From positions 83,667 through 115,899 of the forward strand of contig JBGAFW010000028.1 of the NCBI GenBank assembly GCA_044227045.1: a DNA stretch of 32,233 nt. Reading direction: 5' to 3'. The position numbers were made by a program, and so were the translations under genes. The notes beneath the pieces were generated by a model that was given only the letters and a program-made list of their open reading frames with translations, made no database searches and was not told where the DNA came from. This document shows, piece by piece, positions 15,997-24,900 of this stretch (positions are counted from its first letter, which is position 1; every line of letters begins with the position of its first letter). This stretch comes from Labilithrix sp. (GTDB lineage Bacteria > Myxococcota_A > Polyangia > Polyangiales > Polyangiaceae).

Positions 15997-17505
15997 ATGG
16001 CGACCGCGAAGAAGACGTCGAAGAAGCCAGCCAAGAAGACCGCCGCGAAGAAGCCGGCGAAGGTCGCGGCGGCGAGCAGCGCCGCCGTCGATCCGGCCGA
16101 GGTGAAGGCCGCCCTCGAGCGCGTCGCGCGCGTGCCGCCCGAAGAGGCCGTGAGCGCGCTCCTCCACGCGTGGCGTGCGTGTCCGAGCGCCGAGATCGCC
16201 GAAGCGCTCGACGCGATCCCGCTGCCGCCGGCGTTCGCGGAGGTCACGAGCGCCGGCGCCACCGACGCGCTCGCGCGGCTCAATCGGCTCATCGACACGC
16301 CGCGCGATCCCCGTGTGTCGAAGCTGCTCGTGTCGTGGGTGGCGGACCCTCCGTACCACGCGACGGGCTCGAAGCCGTTTCACACGCTGATGCACCAGGA
16401 GATCGAACGACACGCCGACCCACGCGCGATCGATGACCTGAAAGACGCGGCCAAGAAGGCAGCGAAGGTGATCAACGGCACGGTGATGAAGGCATGGGTG
16501 CCGGAGCGAAGCGCGCGCACCGCAGACGCCCTGCGCGAGCTCTATCCGAGCGGCGTGCCTCCACTTCCGCGTGGCCTATCCACCGCGCTCGCAGCTGCGA
16601 AGAAGGCCGCCGCGAGCGGCGCAAAGACAGCCCCTGCGACCGCCGGCACGACGACGAGCATCGACCGCGATCGCGATCGCGGCGCGGAGCTGCTCGAGGC
16701 CATCCGCCAACATCCCGAAGACGACGGTGCACGCGCGGTCTACGCCGACTACCTGACGGAGAAGAGCGATCCACGTGGCGAGCTCATCACGCTGCAGCTC
16801 GCGCGTGGCTCCACGCCGCCGACGCCGGAGCAGGAGAAGCGCGAGATGGCGCTGCTTCGAAAGAACGCGCGGCGCTGGCTCGGCGAGCTCAATCACATCC
16901 TCGGGAGCATGCTCGGTCTCACCGTCCGGCCCTGGCAGGGATGGGGGATGTGCTTCGCGCGAGGGTTTCTCACCGCGACGCGCATCAGCGGCTCGAAGCC
17001 GAAGATCAAGGAGCTCACGAACCATCCCGATCTCGCCACTGTCGAGCACATTCAGTTCGCGGAGGACCACGTGCCGTTCTTGAACGCAGAGTCCTTGCGC
17101 TCGCTTCGTTCTTTGTCGACCGAGGACGAGGTCGTGACGCTGATGCCGCTCCATGCACCAACCTGCCTGCCGAAGCTCCGCGTCCTCGAGATCCTGACCG
17201 GGCGGCGTGGTCATGACGAAGCGACCTTGATCGATACGCTCGAGCAGATGCCGAACCTCGAAGACCTCAAGCTGAATTTCTATTACGGCCTGGACTTCGC
17301 GGTCTCGCTCAGCATGACCAAGAGCGCCCTTCGCCGGCTGAAGACGCTCACGCGGCTCACCGTCACCGCTGACAACGTCGAGGTTCATTACGAGCGCGCC
17401 TCGAAGAGCGAACCGTTCACCGCATCGATCAAGCCGAACGAAGACGACACCTCGCAAGAGGGACGAGACCGCGCCGCCGCCTTCGCGGCGCTCGCCCGGT
17501 CCTGA
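15997..17505 (+). CDS. TIGR02996 'repeat-companion' domain protein with histone-H1-like Lys/Ala N-terminal tail and C-terminal leucine-rich-repeat-like region
   Basis: N-terminus MATAKKTSKKPAKKTAAKKPAKVAAASSAAV. The central ELLEAIRQHPEDDGARAVYADYLTEKSDPRGELITLQLARG matches the TIGR02996 signature (LLaaIrahPdDDtpRLVYADWLeEhGDPRGEFIrLQ). The C-terminal half has L-rich repeats (LRSLRSLSTE, LPKLRVLEIL, LEDLKLNF, LKTLTRLTV). Confidence 0.6.
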   Translation: MATAKKTSKKPAKKTAAKKPAKVAAASSAAVDPAEVKAALERVARVPPEEAVSALLHAWRACPSAEIAEALDAIPLPPAFAEVTSAGATDALARLNRLIDTPRDPRVSKLLVSWVADPPYHATGSKPFHTLMHQEIERHADPRAIDDLKDAAKKAAKVINGTVMKAWVPERSARTADALRELYPSGVPPLPRGLSTALAAAKKAAASGAKTAPATAGTTTSIDRDRDRGAELLEAIRQHPEDDGARAVYADYLTEKSDPRGELITLQLARGSTPPTPEQEKREMALLRKNARRWLGELNHILGSMLGLTVRPWQGWGMCFARGFLTATRISGSKPKIKELTNHPDLATVEHIQFAEDHVPFLNAESLRSLRSLSTEDEVVTLMPLHAPTCLPKLRVLEILTGRRGHDEATLIDTLEQMPNLEDLKLNFYYGLDFAVSLSMTKSALRRLKTLTRLTVTADNVEVHYERASKSEPFTASIKPNEDDTSQEGRDRAAAFAALARS

Positions 17506-17516
17506 AGGGGAAGGAC

Positions 17517-17576
17517 CGTCGCGTCCGCGCGACGATCCGCCGAAGGTGATGGACGAGGTGTCGCGTCCGCGCGACG
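17517..17576. promoter_or_regulatory. Two copies of an identical 17-nt palindromic element GTCGCGTCCGCGCGACG (6/7-bp arms, 4-nt spacer) 25 nt apart, upstream of the first VIT-vWA gene
   Basis: Direct plus inverted repeat read at 17517-17534 and 17560-17576. They sit in the 154-nt gap between stop 17505 and ATG 17660. They could be tandem terminator hairpins or paired operator sites. Confidence 0.35.
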
Positions 17577-17659
17577 CTTGCTTGCCAAAGATTGACGTGC
17601 GCGAGCGGTCTCGGCGAGACGGAGGCTTGGCATGACGATCGCTTGGCGCCGAGAGGCCC

Positions 17660-20600
17660 ATGACCAAGACGACGACGCGCGCAGTGCTCCTCCTCGTTCT
17701 CTTCTCTCTCCTCGTCGTCGCGCAAGGAGGGTGCGCGCACGGCAAAGAGGCGCCGCCGAAGCTCACCTCGCGCCCACCCGCGCTTGCGGAAGGCACGGAG
17801 GCGATCGACGTGGCGGTCGATTGGGACGCGCATCCGCAAAGCAGCAAGACCGCGGACGCCAAGATCTCGCTGACAGCCTCGGACGGGTCGGGCCTCGTGC
17901 TGAGGTCGATCGACGCGCGCGCCGTGCTCTATGGCCCGCTCGCGTTCACCGAGGTGCACCTCGTCTTCGCGAACCCCGAACCCGTGATGCGCGAGGGCAC
18001 GTTCGCGATCGCGCTGCCCGCCGGCGCCGCGGTGAGTCGCTTCGCGATGAAGCTCCCGCAAGGGTGGCAAGAAGGCGAAGTCGTCGAGCGGCAGTCGGCA
18101 CGCGCGACCTACGAGACGTTCCTGCGAAAGCGCGTCGACCCCGCGATGCTCGAGAAAGACACGGGCTCGAGCAACGTGTTCCGTGGACGCGTCTTCCCGA
18201 TCCTGCCGCGGCAAGAGAAGGAGATCGTCATCGCCTACACCCAGACCTTCACCGCGGCGTCCGAGCCGTATCGCTTGCCGCTCGTCGGGCTCCCCTCGGT
18301 CGAGCAGCTCGACATCCAGCTCTTCGTCCCGAGCACGAAGAAGGCCTTCGTCGTGCATCGAAATGGCGTCAGGCCCGATCATGACTTCGAGGTGTCGCTC
18401 GCGGGTACACCCGACGCCGTTCGAGGTGGCCGCTTCGCCGTCGTGCGCGTGTCGGATCCCGACGCCCGCCCCGCGACGTCGAGCGGAGCGCCGAGCGGCG
18501 CGATGCAAGGTGATCTCGCCGTGCTGATCGACTCGAGCGCGTCGCGCATCGGCACGTACGAGCGCGACGTCGCCGCGGTGACGCGCATCGTCGGGGCGCT
18601 ACACCCGAGTGCGATCAAGGTCGCGTGCTTCGACCAAGAGGTGGAGCCGATGGCCTCGCTCGCGGAGGCAGCGAGGCGGCGACCTGCCGGCGCGACCGAT
18701 CTCGAGCGAGGTCTTCGCTGGCTCAAGACGACCGGCGCGAAGCGCGCGATCGTCCTCACGGACGGCTCGATGACGACCTCACCGCTGCCACCTGCCGCGC
18801 TCGGCGCGATCGCGAAGGAGATCGGCCTCGATCGGATCGACGCGATCGCGACCGGTGGGGTCCGCGCCGACACGATCGCGCTGCGTGCGCTCGCGCTGGG
18901 CGGCACCGTGGTGGACGTGGAAGACGCGCCGGGCGACGTCGCGGTCGCCCTCAAGATGCCCCCAGGCAGGGTCGGTCGCGCGTCGTTCGAAGGCGCCGCG
19001 ACCGCGTGGCCTTCGTCGCTCGCGAAGGCAGGGGCGCGGCGTTCGTCGGCGCTCGCGTTCGTCGAGATCGCCGAAGACAAACCGCTCCGTGTCGTGATGG
19101 ATGGCAAAGGTGGCGCGCAGCCGAGAGACGTGACGCGCATAGACACCGCACCTGCGGCGTTGATCGAGCGCGCGGTCGCCGAGGCGAAGATCCGCGAGCT
19201 CGAGGACGAGCGCGCGACGACGACGACGGAGGCGCGCAAGACCGAGCTCGCACGCGAGATCGTGTCGCTCTCCGTTCGTCATCGCATCTTGACGGAGCTC
19301 ACCGCGATGCTCGTGCTCGAGACCGAGGCGGACTACAAACGCTTCGACATTCCACGCGAGGCGATGCGCGACATTCCGGTGGTCGGACCGCGCGGCGTCG
19401 AGATCGTTCCTCGGGGTGGTGGTCAGGTGGTGCTCCCGCCAAGCCAGAAGAGCGTCTCGCCGATGATCGACGCCATCCGCGCCGGCGACCGGACCGCCGA
19501 CACCGATCGCGACGGCATCCCGGACGCCGACGATCGCTGCCCGAACGAGCCGGAGACGTTCAACGGCTTCGAGGACGACGACGGGTGTCCGGATCGCGGC
19601 ACCGTCATCATCGAGGCGAACCAGATCCTCATCTTGCAGATGGTGCACTTCAAGGACGGCTCGGCGGAGATCCTTCCGGAGTCGCTCCCCATCGTCCAGG
19701 CGCTCGCCGACACGCTCCGCTTTCACCCCGAGTTCGATCTCGTCGCGATCATCGGCCACACCGACAACCGCGGCTCGCCCGACGTCAACCGCGAGCTCTC
19801 CCTCCGGCGAGCGATGGCCGTGCGCGCGGCGGTGGTGGCGCGCGGCGTCGAGCCGCGACGGCTCATCGCACGCGGTGTGGGCGGCGCGTTCCCGATCGAT
19901 CCGAAGAACGACGCGGAGGCCTTCGCTCGGAATCGACGCGTCGAGTTCAAGATCCTCGTCGCGGACGGGAGCGCGACCGGCGTCGAGGTCCCCGGGCTCG
20001 ATAGGGCGCTCAAGCCGTCTGGCAAAGAGCAGGAGAGCGTCATGCCCTCGATGACCGTTCGTCGCGGCAAGCCCGCGCCCGTCGCCCATGCGCTGAGCGG
20101 GAAGCTCGCCGCGATTGCGCAGCTGCTCGAGCAGAAGAAGGCCGATGACGCGCTCCATGTCGCCGAGACGTGGCTGAAGACGTCGCCCGACGACATGCTC
20201 GCCTGGACCGCGCGCGGCCAAGCGCTCGACGCGCTGAATCGATCACGCGAGGCGGCGCGATCGTTCGGCTCGATCCTCGAGCTCGCCTCACGTCCCGAGC
20301 AGCGCCGCGCGGCGGCCGGTTGGCTCGAGGCGCTCGCCGCGCGACACAAAGAGGCGGGCGAGCTCGCGATCGCGCAGTATCGACGTGCCCTCGAGGAGCG
20401 GCCGGAGCATCCATCCTCCTATCGGCTCCTCGCGTGGTCCCTCGTGCGCGGAGGACACATCGACGAGGCGCTCGCCACGACGCTCGATGCGCTCGACCAC
20501 GCGGCGAGCTTCGATCCACGACGCTTCCCGATGGCGGTGGAGGCGTTGAAGAGAGACGCAGGCGTGCTGGCCGTCGCCGCGGGAAAGAACAAGGCGCCGG

Positions 20601-21010
20601 CCGAGCGCGAGGCGATCCTGAAGCGAGCGCGGTTCGCCGGCGCGATCCCTTCGGACGGCTCGAAGGCGTCGACCACGCTGGCGCTCACGTGGGAGACCGA
20701 CGAGAGCGATCTCGACATCCATCTCGTCCCCTCGAAGAACGCCTCCGAGCCGGTCTCGGTCGCCATGACCGACATCCGCGCAGGCTACGGCCCCGAGGTG
20801 ATCACGCTCGAGCCCGATCAGGTAAAGAAGGGCTGGACCCTGGCCGTTCACCAGGTCCGGCGAGGTCCGCAGGGCTTCGCGTTCGGAAAGGTGGCGATCG
20901 CGAGCCACGATGGCCTCGGCAACCTCTCCGTGAGCGACCGCCCGTTCGTCATCATGAACGAGAACGCGGCCGTTTCTCTAGGGACGATCTCCGATCACAG
21001 CGGTCCGTAA
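17660..21010 (+). CDS. Giant secreted lipoprotein: VIT domain - von Willebrand factor A domain - thrombospondin-type-3 Ca-binding repeat - OmpA C-terminal-like peptidoglycan-binding domain - TPR region - YfaP/DUF2135-like C-terminal domain
   Basis: ATG 17660 with a GAGAGG SD. Signal peptide plus lipobox (VVAQGGC). VIT-like beta region at aa ~70-250. vWA with MIDAS DxSxS (DLAVLIDSSAS ... TDG). DTDRDGIPDADDRCPNEPETFNGFEDDDGCPD is a TSP3 repeat. ...IIGHTDNRGSPDVNRELSLRRAMAV...NRRVEFKI is an OmpA-C motif. TPR-like helical repeats at aa ~800-985. C-terminal ALTWETDESDLDIHLV...GKVAIASHDGLGNLSV...FVIMNENA is the YfaP/DUF2135-like tail. Confidence 0.85.
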   Translation: MTKTTTRAVLLLVLFSLLVVAQGGCAHGKEAPPKLTSRPPALAEGTEAIDVAVDWDAHPQSSKTADAKISLTASDGSGLVLRSIDARAVLYGPLAFTEVHLVFANPEPVMREGTFAIALPAGAAVSRFAMKLPQGWQEGEVVERQSARATYETFLRKRVDPAMLEKDTGSSNVFRGRVFPILPRQEKEIVIAYTQTFTAASEPYRLPLVGLPSVEQLDIQLFVPSTKKAFVVHRNGVRPDHDFEVSLAGTPDAVRGGRFAVVRVSDPDARPATSSGAPSGAMQGDLAVLIDSSASRIGTYERDVAAVTRIVGALHPSAIKVACFDQEVEPMASLAEAARRRPAGATDLERGLRWLKTTGAKRAIVLTDGSMTTSPLPPAALGAIAKEIGLDRIDAIATGGVRADTIALRALALGGTVVDVEDAPGDVAVALKMPPGRVGRASFEGAATAWPSSLAKAGARRSSALAFVEIAEDKPLRVVMDGKGGAQPRDVTRIDTAPAALIERAVAEAKIRELEDERATTTTEARKTELAREIVSLSVRHRILTELTAMLVLETEADYKRFDIPREAMRDIPVVGPRGVEIVPRGGGQVVLPPSQKSVSPMIDAIRAGDRTADTDRDGIPDADDRCPNEPETFNGFEDDDGCPDRGTVIIEANQILILQMVHFKDGSAEILPESLPIVQALADTLRFHPEFDLVAIIGHTDNRGSPDVNRELSLRRAMAVRAAVVARGVEPRRLIARGVGGAFPIDPKNDAEAFARNRRVEFKILVADGSATGVEVPGLDRALKPSGKEQESVMPSMTVRRGKPAPVAHALSGKLAAIAQLLEQKKADDALHVAETWLKTSPDDMLAWTARGQALDALNRSREAARSFGSILELASRPEQRRAAAGWLEALAARHKEAGELAIAQYRRALEERPEHPSSYRLLAWSLVRGGHIDEALATTLDALDHAASFDPRRFPMAVEALKRDAGVLAVAAGKNKAPAEREAILKRARFAGAIPSDGSKASTTLALTWETDESDLDIHLVPSKNASEPVSVAMTDIRAGYGPEVITLEPDQVKKGWTLAVHQVRRGPQGFAFGKVAIASHDGLGNLSVSDRPFVIMNENAAVSLGTISDHSGP

Positions 21011-21159
21011 CGCGATCTCCCTCGGGATCATCGAAAGGCTGACGGGAACGCGAGACGGGGGCGCCGCCCCCAACGGATCCGGCTTTCCAATCCCCGCGAG
21101 CATGTCTAACGTGCCTGTCCTCAACACGTTCGACCTACCGAAACAGGAGACAAGCAATC

Positions 21160-21747
21160 ATGGCTTTCACGCTGCCGAACCTGCCCTACGCGAAGGACGC
21201 CCTCGCGCCTCACATCTCTGCCGAGACGCTCGACTTTCACCACGGCAAGCATCATGCGGCTTACGTGAACAAGTTGAACGAGCTCTTGGCCGGCAAGCCC
21301 GAGGCAGAGAAGTCCCTCGAAGACGTCATCAAGGGCTCCGAGGTCGGAACGCCCGTGTTCAACAACGCGGCGCAGATCTGGAACCACACCTTCTACTGGA
21401 GCTCGATGAAGCCGAAGGGCGGCGGTCAGCCCACCGGCGATCTCCTCGCGGCGATCAACCGTGACTTCGGCTCGTTCGACAAGTTCAAGGAGGAGTTCAC
21501 CAACGCCGGCGTCACGCAGTTCGGCTCGGGCTGGGCATGGCTCGTCGAGAAGGACGGCAAGCTCGCCGTCACGAAGACTCCGAACGCCGACCTCCCGATG
21601 AAGCACGGCCAGAAGGCCCTCCTCACGATGGACGTGTGGGAGCATGCATACTACATCGATTTCCGCAACGCCCGCCCGAAGTACATCGAGACGTTCCTCA
21701 GCAGCCTCGTGAACTGGGACTTCGCGCTCGAGAACCTCAAGAAGTAA
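21160..21747 (+). CDS. sodB: Fe-type superoxide dismutase (Fe/Mn SOD family)
   Basis: MAFTLPNLPYAKDALAPHISAETLDFHHGKHHAAYVNKLN...AQIWNHTFYW...DVWEHAYYIDFRNARPKYIETF is a classic Fe/Mn-SOD fold with metal ligands H27, H74 (NHTFYW), D and H in DVWEHAYY. The AQ(I/V)WNHTFYW pattern favours the Fe type. AGGAG SD lies 10 nt upstream of ATG. Confidence 0.95.
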   Translation: MAFTLPNLPYAKDALAPHISAETLDFHHGKHHAAYVNKLNELLAGKPEAEKSLEDVIKGSEVGTPVFNNAAQIWNHTFYWSSMKPKGGGQPTGDLLAAINRDFGSFDKFKEEFTNAGVTQFGSGWAWLVEKDGKLAVTKTPNADLPMKHGQKALLTMDVWEHAYYIDFRNARPKYIETFLSSLVNWDFALENLKK

Positions 21748-21750
21748 GCC

Positions 21751-21875
21751 CGCGCGCGGAGGCCGAGGGAGCGAGTCTTCGAGCGACTCGGCCGTTTCCG
21801 CGCGCGAGAACAAGAGAACGCGCGCGGAGGCCGAGGGAGCGAGTCTTCGAGCGACTCGGCCGTTTCCGCGCGCGA
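21751..21875. repeat. Tandem direct repeat (57 nt + 55 nt, 13-nt spacer) of a complex palindromic element CGCGCGCGGA-GGCCGAG-...GAGTC-ttcgagc-GACTC-GGCC-gtt-TCCGCGCGCG; candidate bidirectional terminator / REP-like element between convergent sodB and VIT-vWA gene
   Basis: Copy 1 at 21751-21807 and copy 2 at 21821-21875, near-identical and read directly. Each copy has nested inverted repeats: a 10-bp outer arm, 7-bp GGCCGAG/CTCGGCC, and 5-bp GAGTC/GACTC. Confidence 0.6.
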
Positions 21876-21950
21876 ACGCGAGAACCAGAGAACGAGAGGG
21901 AGGCGAGGTCGACGACCTCGCCTCTTTCGTTTCGTGCGCCGTCCGGTCGT

Positions 21951-24900
21951 TCAGAGCGCGCCGAGATCGAGCACGGTGCCCTCGTTCATGATCGTGAAGG
22001 GGCGCGGATCGATCGTGACGTTGCCCTTGCCGTCGTGGCGGACGACATGGACGACGCCGAGCACGTCGCCGCCTGTCCCTTTACGCTGGAGCCGAACGAC
22101 CGCGTTCAGCGCGCTCACGCGCTTGACGTCGGTGGCAAGATCGAGCGCCTCTGGGCCGAAGCCATCGAGCGCTTGGCTCGTCGTCGCGCCGTTGCGCTCC
22201 CCTTTCGCGTCGAACGCCTGGACGTCGATGTCGCTCGTGTCGGTCTCCCATGTCGCGACCGCTTGCACGGTCGATCGATCGCGGCTTCGCGCGTGGAGGA
22301 AGATCGCCTTCGACTCGATCATGTCGCGCTTGGCGGGCTCGGCCTGCGCCCAGGCCGCGGCGGCGAGGCCGAGATCGGTCGCCAAGAGATCGCTCACGCT
22401 GGCGAAGCGGAGCTCGTAGCGTCGCTTCATGCCGTTCGCGGCCGCCTCGAACGCGGCCTCCGGCTTGCCTGCGCGAAGGAGCTCGAGGCAGAGCAAGTGA
22501 TGCGACGAAGGTTGGTCGGGACGCTCGCTCGCCGCGCGACGGAGGAGATCGATCGCGATCGGATCTCCCGGACGCACCCGCGCGATCCGCACCGCCGCGG
22601 CGCGAAGCATCTCCGCGCGCTCCGGGTAGAGATCGGCGAGCGATCCATAGGCGCGCGTCGCGCGGTCTTTGTCGCCGGCCGCTTCGTATGCTTGCCCGAG
22701 CGCGACGAGGGCGATCGCGCTCGTGCTCCCCTCCCGCGCGCGAAGCTCCGTGGCCGCGTCGATCGCAGCCTTCGCGTTCGGCGCCGTCGTCGACGGTGAG
22801 GCGTCGCCGCCGAGGGACGCTGGCACGAAGGCCATCACGCGCCGATAGTCCATCGACCACGGAAAGAGCCTCTCCGCGGGCGACGGCGGCGCAGCCCCGG
22901 CAGACAGACGGAACGGCGACGGCGACCAGATCGTGGACGCGCTGACCGGCAAGTGCGCGGCCGGCGGAGACGCTTCGTCCTCGGCCGTGATCGGCGCGAG
23001 CATCAGCGGGTAGACCACCGTGATGTTGGCTCCCTCCGGAGCCGGGAACATGAGGTGGCGGAACACGTCGACGACGCACTCGATCGTCTTCTTGTCGGAG
23101 ATGTCCGAGCCGGCGTCCATCGCGGTCCCGACGGAGCCATCGCGCGTGACCACGAACTTCACGCTCACGCGTCCGGAGAATTCGCCGCGTCGGCGGAGGC
23201 CGTCTTCGTAACATGCGCGGAGGGCTCCCCAACGTTGCCGCACGATCCGCTGGATCACCTCCGGCGGAACTCGACCCGACACCGTCGTCGTCGCTTGCCG
23301 CATCGCCGGCGCCTTGGTCACGTGGCCCCGCGCCGGCGCGCTCGGCGTGGAAGGACTCGGAGGTGGCGGCGGAGGCGGCGCGGCCGACGACGACGCCTCT
23401 CGGCTCCGCATCCGCGCGACATCGGAGTCGTTCTCGAGCACGATGAGCGACGTGAACGGGCTCGCGAGCTTGTTCTTGCGCGCGATCGCGACGATCTCGC
23501 TCTTCCACGCGTCCTTCGTCGCAGCTTGTTCCCCACGGGCGATCAAGGCGTCGAGCTTTGCGACGGCCGACACGTGCTCGAGCATCGGCGAGGGCGCCGC
23601 GGTCACGGCGCTCGCGTCGATCGAATGCACCTTCCCGCCGATGTGTGCACGAAGAGGCGCGGAGCTCGGCATGCGCGCGAGCACGACGCGCGTCTCGTCG
23701 GGCGAGGCCGCCTCGAGCGCGGCGGTGGACGTCCACGTCGCGCCTTCGACGCTCACGGGCACGCGCGCCGCGACGCGCGAGCGGACACGCGCCTGGACCG
23801 TCTCGGCCGAGAGCCGCGGCGCGTCGTCGATCACCACGCCGTCGCGCGCGAAGATCGCGCTCGTCACGAGCGGGCGATAGAGGCGCAGGTCCGCGAGCGC
23901 GGAGGTCCCGAGCACATCGACGCGCTCGACCCCCGCCTTCGCGAGCTCGCCCATCGCGACGCGAAGCCGTGCTCCGTCGGCGGTCGGGCCTACACCGCCA
24001 CCGACGAAGATGACGCGCGTGGCGCGGATGCGCTTCGCCTCGACGCGCGCGGCCTCGAGGCCTCGCTCGAGATCGGCGACGCCGAGCGCGCCTCGAGCGG
24101 CGAGCGCCTTCGGCAGCGCCGCAGAGAGCGACGCGAGATCGCCGTCGTAGAGCCGCTCGGTCGATTGATCGTACGCGACGACCGCGGCGCGCGTGCGGCC
24201 CGACGATGACGACGCGAGCGCGCCGACGAGGCTCGCGGCCGCCTCGAGGGTTCCTTCCTTCGCGGCGCTCGTCTCGACGACGAACACGACCGCGCCTTCG
24301 AGCGGATCGGGCTCCTTCGCGACGAACGTGGGCACGCGCAGCGCGACGAGCTCACCCGCGCGCGCGACCTCGTTTCCGGTAGACCGCGCGGCGACGAAGC
24401 TCACGTCCGCCGTGGGCCGATCGTCTTCGAGGTGGATCGAGATCGGCTCCGTCGCGCCCTCGATGACGGAGACATCGAGCTTGTGCACCGCAGGAAGACC
24501 GCGAAGCGGAAACCACACCGGGGCGTCGGCGCCGCCGACCTCGGAGATGTACTCGATCGCGATCTCCTTCGCGCTCGCCCCGTCGATCGGGAACACGCGC
24601 GCCGAGATCTCGCGCTCGCGCCGTTGCTCGACGAGGAGCGGATCACGACGGCGATGAAGGATCTCTTCGTAGGTCTCACGCGCTGCGCCGATCTCGGCGG
24701 CGTCGGCCTCGCGCCACTCGCCCGAGATCTTCATCGCGAGCCGCGACACGGACGAGCGCGGCGGGAGCGTCATCCGGAAGCGCCCCTCGAGCGTCGACGG
24801 CGACGTGTTCCAGAACGTCGCATGCACCGCCGTTCGCGCGAGCGGACCGTGAACGTGGATGTTCACCGTGAGCTCCGCGAGCCGGATCGGCGTGCTGTCG

